Origin: Ophelia neglecta
Taxonomy: Eukaryota
Direction of reading: 5' to 3'
DNA length: 64,000 nucleotides
NCBI GenBank assembly: GCA_965285935.1
Contig: OZ260667.1
Coordinates: 29,512,001-29,576,000 of the forward strand
Notes under the pieces: model-generated
Seen by the model: the letters and a program-made list of their open reading frames with translations, nothing else
Told to the model about the DNA's origin: nothing
Databases searched by the model: none
Program-made: the position numbers and the translations under genes
Part shown: in pieces, positions 24,201 through 39,200 of the stretch
Layout of the letters: each line of letters starts with the position of its first letter
How positions within the stretch are numbered: position 1 is the first letter of the stretch

Positions 24201-27200
24201 CTTTTTAGGTTATGGCCTCTCCTATACCATATAGGTATGCATCTTGTATAAAGGGAATTATCGCCCAGTCTGTCAGCGTCTTCAGCGCACATTAGCCTGA
24301 GGCCCATCCACCAGTTGGAAAATTACTAGACGTTCTAAGCAAAGAGATGACTGACCCCATGAGATGTATTAAGGAAAAAGGGTCGTCCCGATTTGACAGT
24401 CCCTGTGGACGGCATTGTGATGCCAGCATTGCTTGGTCCTAATATGATTGGGCCCAGTCTGTGGCTTCCAACAAGGAGTTACTAATCGCCATTGGAGCTG
24501 GAGAAACCAGCATTAGGCAGTATTCAAGGATTATTCAGGGCGGGCTTCTATCGCAGCTGTGCCACGTCCCTTGCCTAGTGGTAAATCCAGGGTGCTTCCG
24601 GTCGCCATTGGAGTAACTAGATTCACAGTTGATGACAATTAAGATATTCTCGCCATCCTGCTGCATTGACCAAAATTTTGCCTTTGTTTGAGCTAATTAT
24701 CGTGTTCGTGACAAATCGGTATTTCCGCAAAGACCATGTGACCTTCGCCTTCCTTCCGCCATTAAGGTTAAAAAATCATTTAGAATTGTTATGCGCAATC
24801 CATGTTTAGTTTCAACTAAATCATTGGCCTAGATAGCATCCGGATTCTTTTCTTTTGACTTAAAATGTCCTTACTGACTAGAGCATACTACAAGAACTTT
24901 AAATAAATATAAAGAGAACTTTTATAATTTGAGCCTATACAGAGAAAAAATCAAGAGAGTTGATATATAATCGTTATCCTGCAATTCTGAAATTAATTAC
25001 TACTGCTAAAATGTGTTCGGTGTGAATGCCGTGGGATGACATACGTGTCGAAAAATATGATGTCTCAATATCAAATTTAAATGAGGTCAGTATTTTGTTG
25101 ATAACCTTGAGATACACAATTGTTTCTCATCACGTATATAATTCTCATTTGATTGTTCGCACTATACTTTACAAAGCATTTTACGTGAATCAGTTCATGA
25201 CTTGTTCTCAATAGTATCAATTAACATTAGTTCCATATTTCTCATAGGAACTCAGAATCATAATATGTTAAACAAAATAGTACAAAATGAAGGACCAACA
25301 AGGGAAACGACGCCTTGCTTAACTGATTGGTCGTATGCCTACGTTGATAAATCGTCATTCGATCACGTGTTCGTATAGGAAAGCACATATGTTGGTATCT
25401 ATATATTATCGAAACATGAACATAAAAAAAGGAAAATGCCACTGTGCCATGTGTATACTGTTACACAATGTAAATACTGTTTCACCATGCTCAGATCATC
25501 GCCTTCAAAGCAAGTAAACCACGCTGGCTCTTGTGCTGAACCCTTTGAAAACCCATAATGACTATTATTTCGCCATTCTCCATCAATTTGCAATGCAATG
25601 AAATTCAAAGACTCGATAAGCAAGGTTAACACCTTGTGCAATGTTCAGCCGAGACCAAGTAATAAAACCTCCAAACCCACTACGCTTCCCTCCACCTTGT
25701 TTAATCCGATGATTTCCATATATGGCCTTCAGCAGACGAATATCGAGCGTAAGGATTTCAAATGCACACCATGAAAGCACTTATTTCTCCCAAGCTCTGA
25801 CGTCATTTAGATAGTAGGCTCGGGCGGGCGTAAGCCACAGAGATGGATTGGATGTTCCTGCCGCCTGGTCATCGCGTGACTGGGATGTCAGTTGAAACAA
25901 AGCAACGTGGCCGAGCCTGCGTGGGACCAGGAAGTGAGAGGGTCGACACTGCTGTTTTCTGATAGGGACAGTTTCAATCAATATGTCTCCTACTGCCTTA
26001 CTTAAGACACCCTAGAACAAAGCTAAGTGGACTTCGGATAAAAAAAGGAGACTAATTATAGTGTATGTTCAACCTTAAGGGACAGCCTCATTATTGCAGA
26101 ACCCACCACCTCTAAACCTACCACACGCCATGTTCACATAACTCTGGATATTTCAGGCAGATTCTCTTTAGTTTGTTCGCCACGTTGGGGTGACCCAATA
26201 AGATCCACACTGTTTTGTTTATATGTTCAGCTACGCTGAACTAATACTTGTATAATAAACGCAGTTTTGTTGGTGGTTTTTTGGTAGCGCCCGACAGCAC
26301 GCATGACAGGGCTGATCCACCCTCACCTGCATATAAAACTGTTCATTGCTCCCAAGAAGGCAATATTATTCTGGCAGGCCTCTTCAGGGTGCCTCTTTGC
26401 GCCTAAATCTGCGTAGACAATTGATGAAGTGTTTAAAAAAAACTAGGCGCGTACACGGTAGTTAATGCATATTCACAGAGAGTAGATGAACAGGTTCCGC
26501 CTTGCCATTGCCAATTTCCTAACAGGTAGATATTGCTATTCTTAGCTAATGTCCGAAATTGGATAGTGGTCTCGGGATCTCATGTTGATGCGGCCAATAA
26601 TCCAATCCATATGGCATTGCTCTGCTTTCGTCGCCAAACATCCAGGCTTGCGATGTTTATGCAAGGCAAATTGAACAATGGTTTGCTCAATTCACTGTAG
26701 AAACAAGGGAGTAAGCTGGTTAGACACAGTTTGACCAGGACTTGAACGCAAACCCATTAAACGTCGGTGAAGGGGCCAGTTTTGTCATGAGACCCAAGCG
26801 GTGGCAGGTACTCGAAGTTGAGTGTGTGCCGATTTCCCTGTCTGTGGACACTGTCACTGGACACGCCTAGATCGCAAGGGTCATCTGCAATTGTTTACCA
26901 GGGGGGCTCTGATTTGTTTTTATTGTCCGGTCGCTCTAGGATAGGGCATTCCGGTTATATTGACTACCCCTAAAATAGATATGAGCTTGGTTCATTCAAT
27001 GAAAGCTCAGTTTTAGAGGGGTGCTTAGTTCGGGGCCATGTCCTGGTCGACCTTATACATGTATTGTGAGCGATTCCACATTGGCTGTCGTATGGTGGGG
27101 CGTAGGAATACATGACTGATGGCAGCAATTCGGCCAGTCTGTCTGTGAATGTCATAAATTGTGTTTATCGCCGATTGAGGTGTCGACTGATCCAATTGCG

Positions 27201-30200
27201 GCTGCTTGGCATTCACGGGCATCCCAGCGTACAGCCGGTTTTATACAACTTGGCTGATACTTCAAGGAGAAATTTCCTCATCCTAGATGGGTTGGGCTTT
27301 TGATTCCAAGTGCCGACCGTGCTAATCTCGTTTATCACATCAGAACATCCCAGAGAAAGTCATGCATAGATTGATCATTTATGGGCCCATTTATTTCCAG
27401 AGCAGCCTGCAGCAGACCTTTGCCTGCCTTGTTGAGCTTGGGTTAACACAGGATGTCTCGCTGACCATTGCAATTGCGGTTTCTCATGGGCGCTTATTTT
27501 CATGATCAGCATCTCTATAAACCTTCCTTTGTGAAAACAACTTAGCCACATGCTCGCTCATAAATATTCTTGTCCTAGAAGACACCGCTAAGAGCACGCT
27601 TGTTGGAATCGTTAATTCAGTGGTCTATGCCGACACCCCATTTGCTCAATTCTCATATTGCCCATTCGGCGAGTAATATGTCAGCACCAGAGTGCTAAAA
27701 GGGAGAAGTGGGGTCCTCGTGGCAGTGATTTATCGAGGTTAATATTCCATTATTGGTTATCTTGGAGCGGGGGCCCTTTGAAATGGACAAGTGGAAATTC
27801 ATTGATAAATATGCAGGCACACAGTTTGATAGAAGAAGAAAGCATACTAAGTAAGTATCTAAGATGGATCGAGCGGGTCTGACACACGATACTGTCTAAG
27901 TAATTTGTATGACATAAATATGCCTACAAATGCATAGCGTTTCCGATATCTTAACGTGATAAAAAATTAAACGTGTGCAAACAGTAGAGGTCAATGAAGC
28001 CGACTCATCTTGAGAGTGATATTGCTGAGTATGTCTTTGGCCGGGCTGTCCATAAACATTGTGTACTTATTCGATTTAAGGCTCGAAAGAAACATTAAAC
28101 AAGAAAATCATACGGCTAGGCTCTCCTGAATCTAAGCAGCTGGTAAACATTTATGATATTGGGACAATGTAGAATATTTGATAAAGATTTAGTTTGGGAT
28201 ATTTGCACACTTCATCCCCTAACTGTTCGGGGTAAATACCGACATGTGATCAGCCGTTTGAGGCTTCAGTTCTGACAGACGACGAGGAGGACATTGAAGG
28301 AGATTTAAGCCCTTAGTATTTGCCCTGTGTTGTCCCGGAGTTGTTGATTTGTTAGAGGACATGATGGTGCATCGGCTGGTGTGGATAGCAAGCTAGGCTC
28401 TACCCTAAACACGTGCAAGGCCACTCTAGGTCAATACAAATCATAACATCTATCTGATAACAAATTACACCCCTCCACTAATGGACTTCAACAAATTAAT
28501 CATTGACACTTTATCCGTGCATCCTAAATTCTATCATTTTGTTAGATCCAAAAACAGGCTATTTTCATTAATGTTCTCCAATGTGAGTTATATTCAGATC
28601 AAAAACCTGAACTACCGATTTATAACAACTCATTAATTAACATAATATACAGAGATCAATCTGGGTTAAATTAGTTGCTATTATGAATTGGGCTCTGAGG
28701 ACATCGGCGCCACCAGAGGGTTATAATCCCAAAATGATTTTCTTTGCTAGTGCTTCAAATTTAAAACCGATGATGTGCAATTACATATTGCTCATAGTTA
28801 CTTGGTACATGATTAGCTACATGACACAATGGAACGGCCAGTGCCCGGTTGGCATGTTATTAATCAAGCCATTAATGCTAATTCCACGCACATGTGTAAG
28901 GAGAATGAGGCGGATCACAAGGGGCCGTCCTGTGGTCAGAGGTGTAAAAAGACGATTGTCACAAACAACTGTTAAATCCCCTCGCCCACTAAGAAATGCA
29001 TATGAAATACATGACAATATGAACCGCTGTGCCCAGAACAACATTGTGACAATATGCTAGTATGCAAGGAAAAAACCGATTCTCTTCGAAAGCTTCACCT
29101 TAATAGAGCTATAGGCCAGGCTGTGGCCAAACTGCTCTCGCCTACATATTATACGTGTCCTTAAATTGGGATATTTTCATTGGGTCTGATTTGTCCTAAT
29201 GGCACCTCGGCCTGTAGATTTACCCGCCTTGGGCTAATTGGCTAGTCTATATGTCTATTTTAGGCTCCCAAAGTGGCCATTATCATAATGTGTACGTTGG
29301 TGTTTGGCCGGGCTGGCCGGCGCGTCCTGCCCGGCGATGACTGAAGATGGATGTCGAGCTCGGATGGGTTCCATTTTAGGTCCTTCTCCGTCGGCCTCCG
29401 CCCATCCATCAACACCGACTGCCGGGAGAACAGCACTGAAGGGGACGTGCAGCTAACCACCTGCGTGGGCACATATTTTACCATGTGCTTTACTGCTAGG
29501 CAGCAATGTCTTCAGGGAGGAACAAGGCAAAGGAACTGGCACAGTATTTATTACCAGAGAAGACTGCTTTGCTACTATAAGCCAGCTAGGCAGAAACTCG
29601 TCCAAAGAAGACCTGACAAACAAGATATTTATCTTTCTGAAGAAGCTAAATGCTGCGGGAGCTGGACTTGAATGGGTGTGGCTATCACGTTGTCTATCGC
29701 TTGTTCAGTTTATAATATCCACTTTGCAGATATATATATATATATATAAAGGGTATATTATTACATTTCAATCATATTTTTGTGAAACGTCAAAAAATAG
29801 CCAGATGCGAATAAGCAAAGCTTTAATTAAGTTAAATTTGCATTGCCTGGGGATTGGCTTCCATCGACAACCATTACTTTTGGTAACGATTTTTAGCCGA
29901 CGACTGGTTGTAATGCATATTTTGAGCTTAGGTAATTAAAGAGCCACATTTTGCATCGATATGTCAACATAGTTTTCACCAATTTCATTTGGATCGAGCA
30001 TCCGGGAGTAATGAGATGGTATGACCTCCTCTGGCACGGTCAATATATTCATTGTAGCAGCCAAGATGGGCGGAAATTGATCAATGTAGTCAATCTGATC
30101 AATAACTCTAGGTCCTATAATTAAAGCCGTTTATCGCGGATTGGAATTCGGTGATGCTGGAAGCTTCTTATTCGACCCCTCCGCCTACATTGCTGATGAT

Positions 30201-33200
30201 GTTTGCGCCTCCATATAACTAATGCTTTGAGGAAGGACAATGGACAAATGCACACTATTGATGTCCCATTATCTTGTGGAATTTAGTGAGCATGTGGACT
30301 AGTGCCAAGAGCCGCGTTTTCTTATCCTGCTAAAAATTCACTTGTGTATACATTGGTTTTTGCCTGGTTTGTTAGGCCCTGGTACACATCAGCTAAGCCT
30401 ATAACGGCGAGAAGAAAATGCAGAGAGCTGAAATGATGTATTACCCATGGCCTACACTCAAGTAGCACATCCAATATTAGTCGCGAGCCCACTGCATTCA
30501 ATTTCCCACTTGGAGTTAATTTCCTTTTTCTGGCAAGGACTCTCCGACCTGAGAGACCTGCCGTCGGTCAAAAAGAGCATACGAAGACTGCCACAAAGCA
30601 ATCAAATAAGTGTAGACATACAAGACATAGTGCAGCTCTTCTGTTAACAATGATCAAAAAACACAAAACTGCAGTTCATCCTTGCTCCTATGGGTCGTTT
30701 TGTCGTACATCCGTGGGAGGTCAACAGATGAACGTATTATTCTATAGAATAATTTCGATTTCACACTGTTTGGTTGAAACAAGACATTTCGTTAGCTTTC
30801 TATGTACCATCAGACCAAACCCATTGATTGGAATTAAAAAAAAAAAATTAGGCCTTTGATAAGGAGACGATGAATTAGTTTAAATCCTTGGTAGAGAAAT
30901 CCCCATTTCATAGCGATTTTATGTCATCACAACAAAACAATGTTTACACAATTAGGCGCCAAGGACCCAGATCAAGCCTGATGACAGTCTGCCATGGACC
31001 AAACTCAGAAGATAATCCATATAATTGAATATTAGCATTGTATGCTACAGTGCCTGAGGAAATAGAACTAGAGGGCTACTGACGAGAGGATGTCGAGCCT
31101 TTACCATGATCCTTGAACGGTATGGTAGCATTGTTCATGAACAGGTTTGTTTATTTAGATATCGACGATGAAAGTACGAATAGAAGTTAAACAACCTATC
31201 GACATTTACCATTGAAAACTCTGGTTATAATGTCGTTTCAACCGAGCCGCACCCGATTAATCAAGGGAAGAAAAATATACCGCCATTTACAACCACAAAA
31301 TGGCCTTGGGCACTGAGTTCGTTTCTTTCTTCAATGTCGTGCAGCAGATATTGGTGCTGCCCGATAACGATCCCAGAATCCCTGGGAAATAAGCCTAATG
31401 GAATGTGAAGTTCCGAGCTGAAACCAACTGAGACATATTTACATAAAAGTACATTGGATAAAAATTCCTGGTCCAGCTCCATTTGTTTTAATTTGAACTA
31501 TAACTGGTTGTCAACTCACTCCAGTCAAAAATAATAAGAGGCATCCCAGTTGATAGCTAGGGTAGATAGTGGTCTGTGCTTATTTCTAAATCGTGTTAAC
31601 GTGCTTTTTTTGTAAATAATGCTAGGAGTCTAATGCCAATTCTTTCAAAAAAAAATCTATAAAATTCAGTCAGTTTTCGTATAAAAAGAATCAGTCTATT
31701 GGTGTTTAACCGGTATAAACCCCCCATCCCCTTCCACACATTTACATACTCCAATCCTCTGGACATCAAAATTGGATAGAACAATATAAATAAATTTAAA
31801 TAACCTAATCGGTTCGTATTTCTGAGTTGGATCCTAAAATATTCTTTACGATGTGCAGTCCAGCATTAAATACCTGGCATGAAAATAACATCTTTAATGA
31901 GGAATCATCTATTAAATCAGTCTGAAATCACAAGGAATTGTCACGAGCAGGTCCCAAAAAACCAAACCCCAAGTTAATTATGATGAAAAAAAGTTTGAAA
32001 TGCAAGTAATCGCCCGCAATGAGGACTATTTTTCCATGATGCAATGAAACTCCAAAACTAGCTGGTCAACGTAGGACGCAAATGAAATATTCCCAAGAAG
32101 GATCCATGACGGAGAAGACTCTCATATAAATGTGTGAAAGCAGGTGGAATACTCTCAATAACTCACGTCTAAAATGGGTTATTGCAGACTGAAGTGCTAG
32201 GAAACTTGTTGTGTGTTTCTCGGCAAGGCAATATAAATGATGTTAGTTCTGTAAGGTTAACCAGTCACGCTTTTATTGAGCTAAAACACGTGAATCTGCA
32301 ATACACACTGATACTTTAGCAGTGATATCAAGGCGAAAATGGACCGTTGTAGGGTGAACAGAAATGATCACTAATAACCATTGCAAAATATTGAGAGCAG
32401 ATGTGTCTTGCAGGTCCCTGAATGCTAAACCTAAGTAGGGCGATGTTGGTGATATCAACGATCGCCATGCAGACATGCACCGTGGTTTGGTACGCTAATG
32501 GACACAATTAGCACGTTACATTTGTGTGCCCGTAATATGTTGATTAACACCAGCCCTCTTATTAACAGGGACGGATACCCGACAGAAAAACTAAACGCTT
32601 AACCTGGAATAGCGCAGTGCATCTGAGCAAAACGGTTAACCTGGATTAGCGTATTTGGCTAATTTGTTTTCTCGCACTAGAGACCGGCATTCCCATGCGA
32701 CAAGGAGTAGTGCCCTCAATTTGGTGAATCCCTAATGCAGAGGCAAATCTGGTCAAGATACTAATTTTTCCAGGGTGTGAAATTGTAGAACTCACTCCCG
32801 TCGGAGGTAAAGGGAATTGTTTCCCAAAACTTGTTCAAACTCAGAGCTAAGACCCACTTAATGGGCAAAATGTCATTTTAGTCTGTTTGTTTGTCAAGTA
32901 GTAGAGGGCTGTCTCGCATTGTGTATGTTTGTGCTATGAGAAGTCATATTTCTGGTAGTATGGCATTATTGAATTGCATTTTTTGTGTATATTGTAGCTA
33001 GGGTCTATCATGGAAATAAGTTCCTTTTATGTTATATATTTAAACTTTTGATGCCATCCTTTGCTATAGGTGTGCTCATGATTGTGAATTCTTAATGCTG
33101 CCAAGACTATGTTTGGTACCTTTTCATAACATGTGCTCCCTACGATGAAAATAAAAATCAATCAAACCTGTCATGATACTAGTAAGAACAAAATTAATTT

Positions 33201-36200
33201 GGATATTATATCAACAAAAAGAATTAGGTAACTTTTATCAGTGATGAGAGCACGGAACAAAGGGGCCAGTGTTCAACTTAGGGCAGAGAGAAAATGTGCC
33301 CTAAGAGAGTCATTAATAGACTCTAGATGTGTAACTATAGATGGATGTTTTACCATAAATAAAACACCAAAGAAGGATGGAAATTGACCTTGCACTCCTT
33401 GAAAAACAAGTGTATTGTATCCCTGATAACTTTGTAAACAGGCATCTTGAAAATCAATGTCATTCAACTGCCCGGCTTACAGAATAATATATTTTAACAC
33501 CTTTATTATCAACGTTTGTACCCTTTGACGCCAAAACCACCAATCGGCAGCCCTATCATTATGGGTTCTGTCGTTTTTTTCACCATCTTTGGCCTATTGT
33601 TTATATTAAGATTTAATCAGTTTGAAAGAAGTTCTTTTAGATTATGTAACGGCAGCAAGATAAAGATCATCAGATACCATACTTCATATTTCAAAACGCA
33701 TCTCAATGCAGGTCAAGACGGCTATGCAAGCAAAGCAACCATGAATTACCGCTGCGATCAAGACTCCCACAATCAGGCGGAGAAAGCAGTTCGGCGTTAT
33801 TACAATGTGCCATTGTCACGATGTAGCGCCGTCATGGATCAGGCACACTTCATAAGACGGCCTCCTGACAAGAGTGAATGAATTTTAAGTTAATCAGATC
33901 CTTTTTCATGGTAGCCCGATTGGGCGTTTTGTATTGTTGACGAGGTGATTCAAAAGATTGGCCCCATTTTATTTAACGTTTTGTTGCCAGGAAACCTAAG
34001 TTGTAACGCCTGCCTTTAATTGCATGAATTGTAAAAGGTGGATAGAATATTTATAATACCCAACGTCATGTTATTCCAGGACTGCGAAAACCTCATTTAT
34101 CAATTTGTTTCCTGACAGCAGATGTTATCATTATTTATTTTAATGTTGGATAAAACTATGGATATTTAGTTGCAAGCGAATAAAATGTTGGAAAAAATAG
34201 GTTGATTATCGAAGTGGAAGTTTAATAGCAAAACGACATATTTGTTTATTATATACGAATGAGAAATTATACAAAGAAGAGGGCTGATTTGGGAGTTCAT
34301 TGTGGATGGAAATTCATTGCGGGAAAACATTATTTTAGATCCTTGCACACAAGTTTAATAAAGAAATGTCAGATTTGGAATAATGAACCAGCCAATTGCA
34401 ACGCTCAATAAGACAAAGAAAATAATTAAGCCAGCTCCTTTGATTACTTTATAAACTGTGGGGGGTAGTACAAAATAACAAATTAAAAACCTGAAGGCGC
34501 CGATAAATGTAGACCATTAATGATTTTAATGATATCTCAAAAAGACCATTCTAGCACTGGACTATGAAGATACTACAACACCTTTATTAAAAAATTAAAG
34601 CAGATGAAATTTATGAAAGATAAAATGTACCGCAAACACTGATAGCCAAAACAGTATTGACATTTAAAGCCACAGCACCCTTGTAGGCCCATGGGGATGA
34701 TACTCTGGTTTCAGTGATTCAAGAAGCAGACAGTTATGTTCCCCCAGATTGGACACCAGTCTATCTCTGTAGATATAACACCCAGCATAGTTACTCATTT
34801 GAGGCTGGCTGGATTGATATATATGATATATATGAGTATATGATATATATGAGGCAATAACGACTAAGAACTTTGCCCACTGGTGCAGACAATTGTGCAA
34901 TGGAAATCGAGCCCACCGCTTTTTGCTGACAGAAATGACAATTTTGTAGTAATGTACACTGATATTTAAAACTAATTCGAAACCCGACAGTTGTCTAGCC
35001 TGCGCGCCGTTACATTTTTTTTAATTAAACGGCCTGGTCGCAGAATGAAACTATTTTTAAAAGCTAGAGTTATATTACATAGTACAATAGAGAGGCAAAC
35101 GAAAGAATAAATAATAGAGAATATGCAAAATCTATTTGGTCCTGAATCCACGTCAAAGCGAACATAGGTACCCCATCTAGCGACAACAGCGGGGACTAAT
35201 TCTATAGTACATGTACATTTGCAACAGTGACATCTTTAGTTAAAACATATGAAGGTCATTAGAAATCTACTATTTAAGTAACAATTATGACTGACCAGTC
35301 TGACAATTCCTTGTATATTGTATACCAGTAGTACAAATAGTTTTCATTATCTATTTCAAGCAATAGTCTTGAACTTCCGTAAATTGATAAACGCGAGTCC
35401 AGTATGGCGTTATTTTCAAGGAGCCCAATGTCACGAACATGTCGTCTGGCTTTGTTAAGATTTCCAACCGTGACTTTTAGAATTGTGTAATGTCTTTGTT
35501 TTCAAATTAGTTATGAGTTAACCTAGACTCATTTTTATATGGATAGTGTTCATGTTAAGTCCTTATTAAAGGAATACACCTTATCAAAATTACATTCTTT
35601 TATTTTGATCGACTTGCATTAACTGTTGTCACAACAACATATATTGATCGTCTTTAAGATTCAAATTATAATATTTAGCACGAGAACACAGATAATGGAA
35701 ACGTTTTATAGGAAACCGTGAGTCCTGCGTAACTCGTAGTAGTAACAGTTACTGCCGTATAACCCTCCTAGTTCAATAGAAATGAATGTTTAAGTTTTCC
35801 CGAAAAAAAATCGCAAATTCATATTACCCACAATGTCAACTGAAAGACAGACAATGGCTCATACCCAGAATTCTTCAATTGGCATTATCGAATTCTGTTA
35901 ATTTTATCAAAGATATAAAGATGTACTTTACCGTAAATTCCTTCACTAACTAAATTTATGTGCGCTAAATAAAGTAGGATGTATATTATTTATTTAAATG
36001 GCCTGGTCTTTGGAACACCCTTATATGATTTCTGAGAGTTGTCGGGCAAAATGGCCGACGTTGAAAAATATCATAATCCTTTCTCAGTTGCGAGACTTAG
36101 AGACAATGGCTTGGAGTGTGGAAACTCGGCTGTTGACAATACTTAACGGCTCTTATGGGGGAGTACCGCCTTAAACTGGCGGCTTTATTCATGATGACCT

Positions 36201-39200
36201 TCTAGTCTTTGTAAAATCACTGAGAGCTTAGCTGGTGGCAAACATTTAAATACGTAGTCGCCATACTTTTTTATTCATTGGCCTATCAGCACGCGTAGAC
36301 CTGTCCGAGCGTCTGCATAATCATCCTCTACCAATATTCCGCACATTCAAGTAAATCTTCGCCATCTGAATCTGTTATATGGTATATAGATCTTTTTGGG
36401 GTAATAAGAATGTGACGGGTTAGTAAAACTTGGTTGATTACCAAGGCTGACAGGCGGGCGATGCTGAGATGAGCTTCGACCCAGTCGATACCCGAATCAT
36501 CAAGCCAACCTCAGGACCAAATCGGCCTGAAGCTCGTATATAACATCACCGAGCTCACCTCGACTGGGCCATGTGAACCACAGGCAATCGCATAAATTTC
36601 ACAGCTGATCAACTCTCGGGGCGTCCACCATCAAGCAGAATTCCGGGTACCTCTGTCTCCCAGGCCCGAGCCACCTTAGGACACCATGCGAGAGATCAGC
36701 GTATGCAGGGTAAAGATTGGCATCTAATTGACTGATTGCCTCAATGCACGGATCGATGAGTTCCGAGACGTTATTGTGCCCGGTGACAGGCCATTTGCAG
36801 AGCAAAGGTTTGCTCAGTGGCGTAGGAAGCGGGGGGGGGGGGGGTCTTAAAAGGTTGGGGGGGGGCATCATTTGTTTTGGCCCCTCCCACTTTTTATGCC
36901 GCTGATGTAAAGTTGGCCTCCTCACTTTGATTTTCCTTCCGACGCCTCTGTTGCTCCCTCACTCCTCGACCCAGGTTAAGACGCCTTTGTTGAAATGGCG
37001 CGCATTATAACGTCTCGCCTCCGACAAGGATGTCATTGTGACTGTGGGAGCACTGCCGATAACACTAGATTAGAAAGACCCACCCTACAATCAACTCACA
37101 AGTGATAATCAAGATCACATCGAAAGCGACCGGCTCATTTGTACAGAAACTTCTGATACCATGAACTAGTCGGATGACAGTGACAGCCTATATAATTGGG
37201 TTGAATGTTGATGAAGAAAGTCATTACTAGTCATGGTACGTGATTAGATAGTACCATGATTGAATAAATAGATAAACTGACAATACAATGTAGTCATTAC
37301 AAAGTCTACGATCAAATCTGGCGAGAAATAACTATACATGAAGAGGATAAGCAGTGAACGAGAATCGGCCTTCCAGTGAATGTATGCGAGTAACGTTTAT
37401 CTCTAATCTCCAACTTGTGTTTGCATACAAGCTGCATCTGTACCAAAGTCACGGAAACACATTTCACGACCGTAGAACCACTGAATGATGGATGATAAGC
37501 TTACCGCAACCACAAGCTTCAATACTACTAAAGACAGTCGAAGGGTGCCCTGATCAATCGAAAAACTCAGGTAGAGGCAACTGCATTTAATTTCTTTTTT
37601 TTTAGAGAACAATGACAGTGAAGTGTGACAAAATTATCAATACGGCTGTCATGGCTGTGTCGCTCCTGGCAAGAACAGTGAAATGTAGTGTGTGTGTGTG
37701 GGGGGGGGGGAGGACAGGGCAAAACGGGACAACACCTATATCCATGTACCTCCGTTACTAAATGTGTTTTTTTTTTACACTTAAAATCAATTTGTAGACC
37801 TATTTCATGTCATATTCGAATACAGGTTAGGGAGGGGGGGGGGGGGGGTCATCAAAGGAAATGCATATTACATGCAAGAGCAATTGAGCCAGAATGATTT
37901 CAAAGTGGATAAGTCTAGTCTTAATTAAAGTACAGTGAGTCATTGAAACTGGTTTTATATGCACCTATAATAGAAATGTTTAATTTGTATGCATGGGTCA
38001 AAGTGTGCACCTATACCTATAGGCTTATTGATATAGAAGACCTTATGTGTGTGCCAGTTGTTTGTCGTCTTCCATTCAAATGGACCTGGCAATTCCTAAT
38101 TTGCTCCATTGGCACTCCAGCCTGCACTCTGGCTCTGTATTAACTGACCTCGTGAATAAGGCTCTAGGTCACCGAGAAAAGCTTGTGGTTTGATGTTTGC
38201 ATTACATAAAGGAAAACAAGGTCGTAGATTTAAATAGACACGACGAGGTAAACAATCAGGCCTAGCATCAATAAGGAAACAAAGCCCATAAATATGGGAA
38301 TTAAGAATTATGGGAGATTTTCATTTGTAAATTCTGACCTTTAAGAAGAGGGGCGCCAGTTGTGTGATCAGTCATCCCCGACTTATTCTAATTAATTAAT
38401 CAAATCAGGTTAAATTAGCTTTTCAATATCTTTCAATCATTATAATATTATTAGCTAGAAATTCACCCTGTCACGCCAGGGTTCACTTAGAACAATGTAT
38501 TATCTGCAATGACCGCTCTTTAACATTATATATAAATATATGTTAATTGATTAAATGGCTTTTCTTTCCGAAAATTGTCACGAAGCAAATTTGCTAAGTG
38601 AAGCAAAAAATACAAATTTCCATAGTTTCTTGCTAGTTGAAAAAAAACAATAAAATTTAAATTGATTCGACGATGCCTCGGACAAAAAAATGGTATAAAA
38701 CAGGTAGTGTGCTGGTGCTTTGCCAATGATTTTGTTGAGGGTCAGCTGAAAGAGCGCCTCTGAGCTACGTTAATTGTAGTCTGTGTAGTTATCAGCTGAA
38801 TGCGTTCGCGTGAAAAATTAGATTCATTCTCATAGGACATGGGCCCCAAGAGAACAGCTAAAACAATATCACTCGTTCACGCCTGAATCTAAACATGAAA
38901 GCCAAACTACTACCAAAGCAATTCGGTGCTATAGTGTCTTCCGATTAACCTTGGCGCTCTCCTCCGCTCGACACGATTCATTAATGACTGCCCTAATTCA
39001 TAAAGACAGCGTGACTAATGACTTAATGCTTCAAATACATTGAGAGATTAACTTTCACTGACGTTGTGGGTTATACTAACCCAAAATGATGTTGACCTCT
39101 GGTTCATATTGGATAATTTGCCGGTGATTCCCGGGTGGAGAGGACATGTTAGGCACCTGGCTTCTGGTTTAGACGGGCTTCAGACAAGGATGCACACCAC

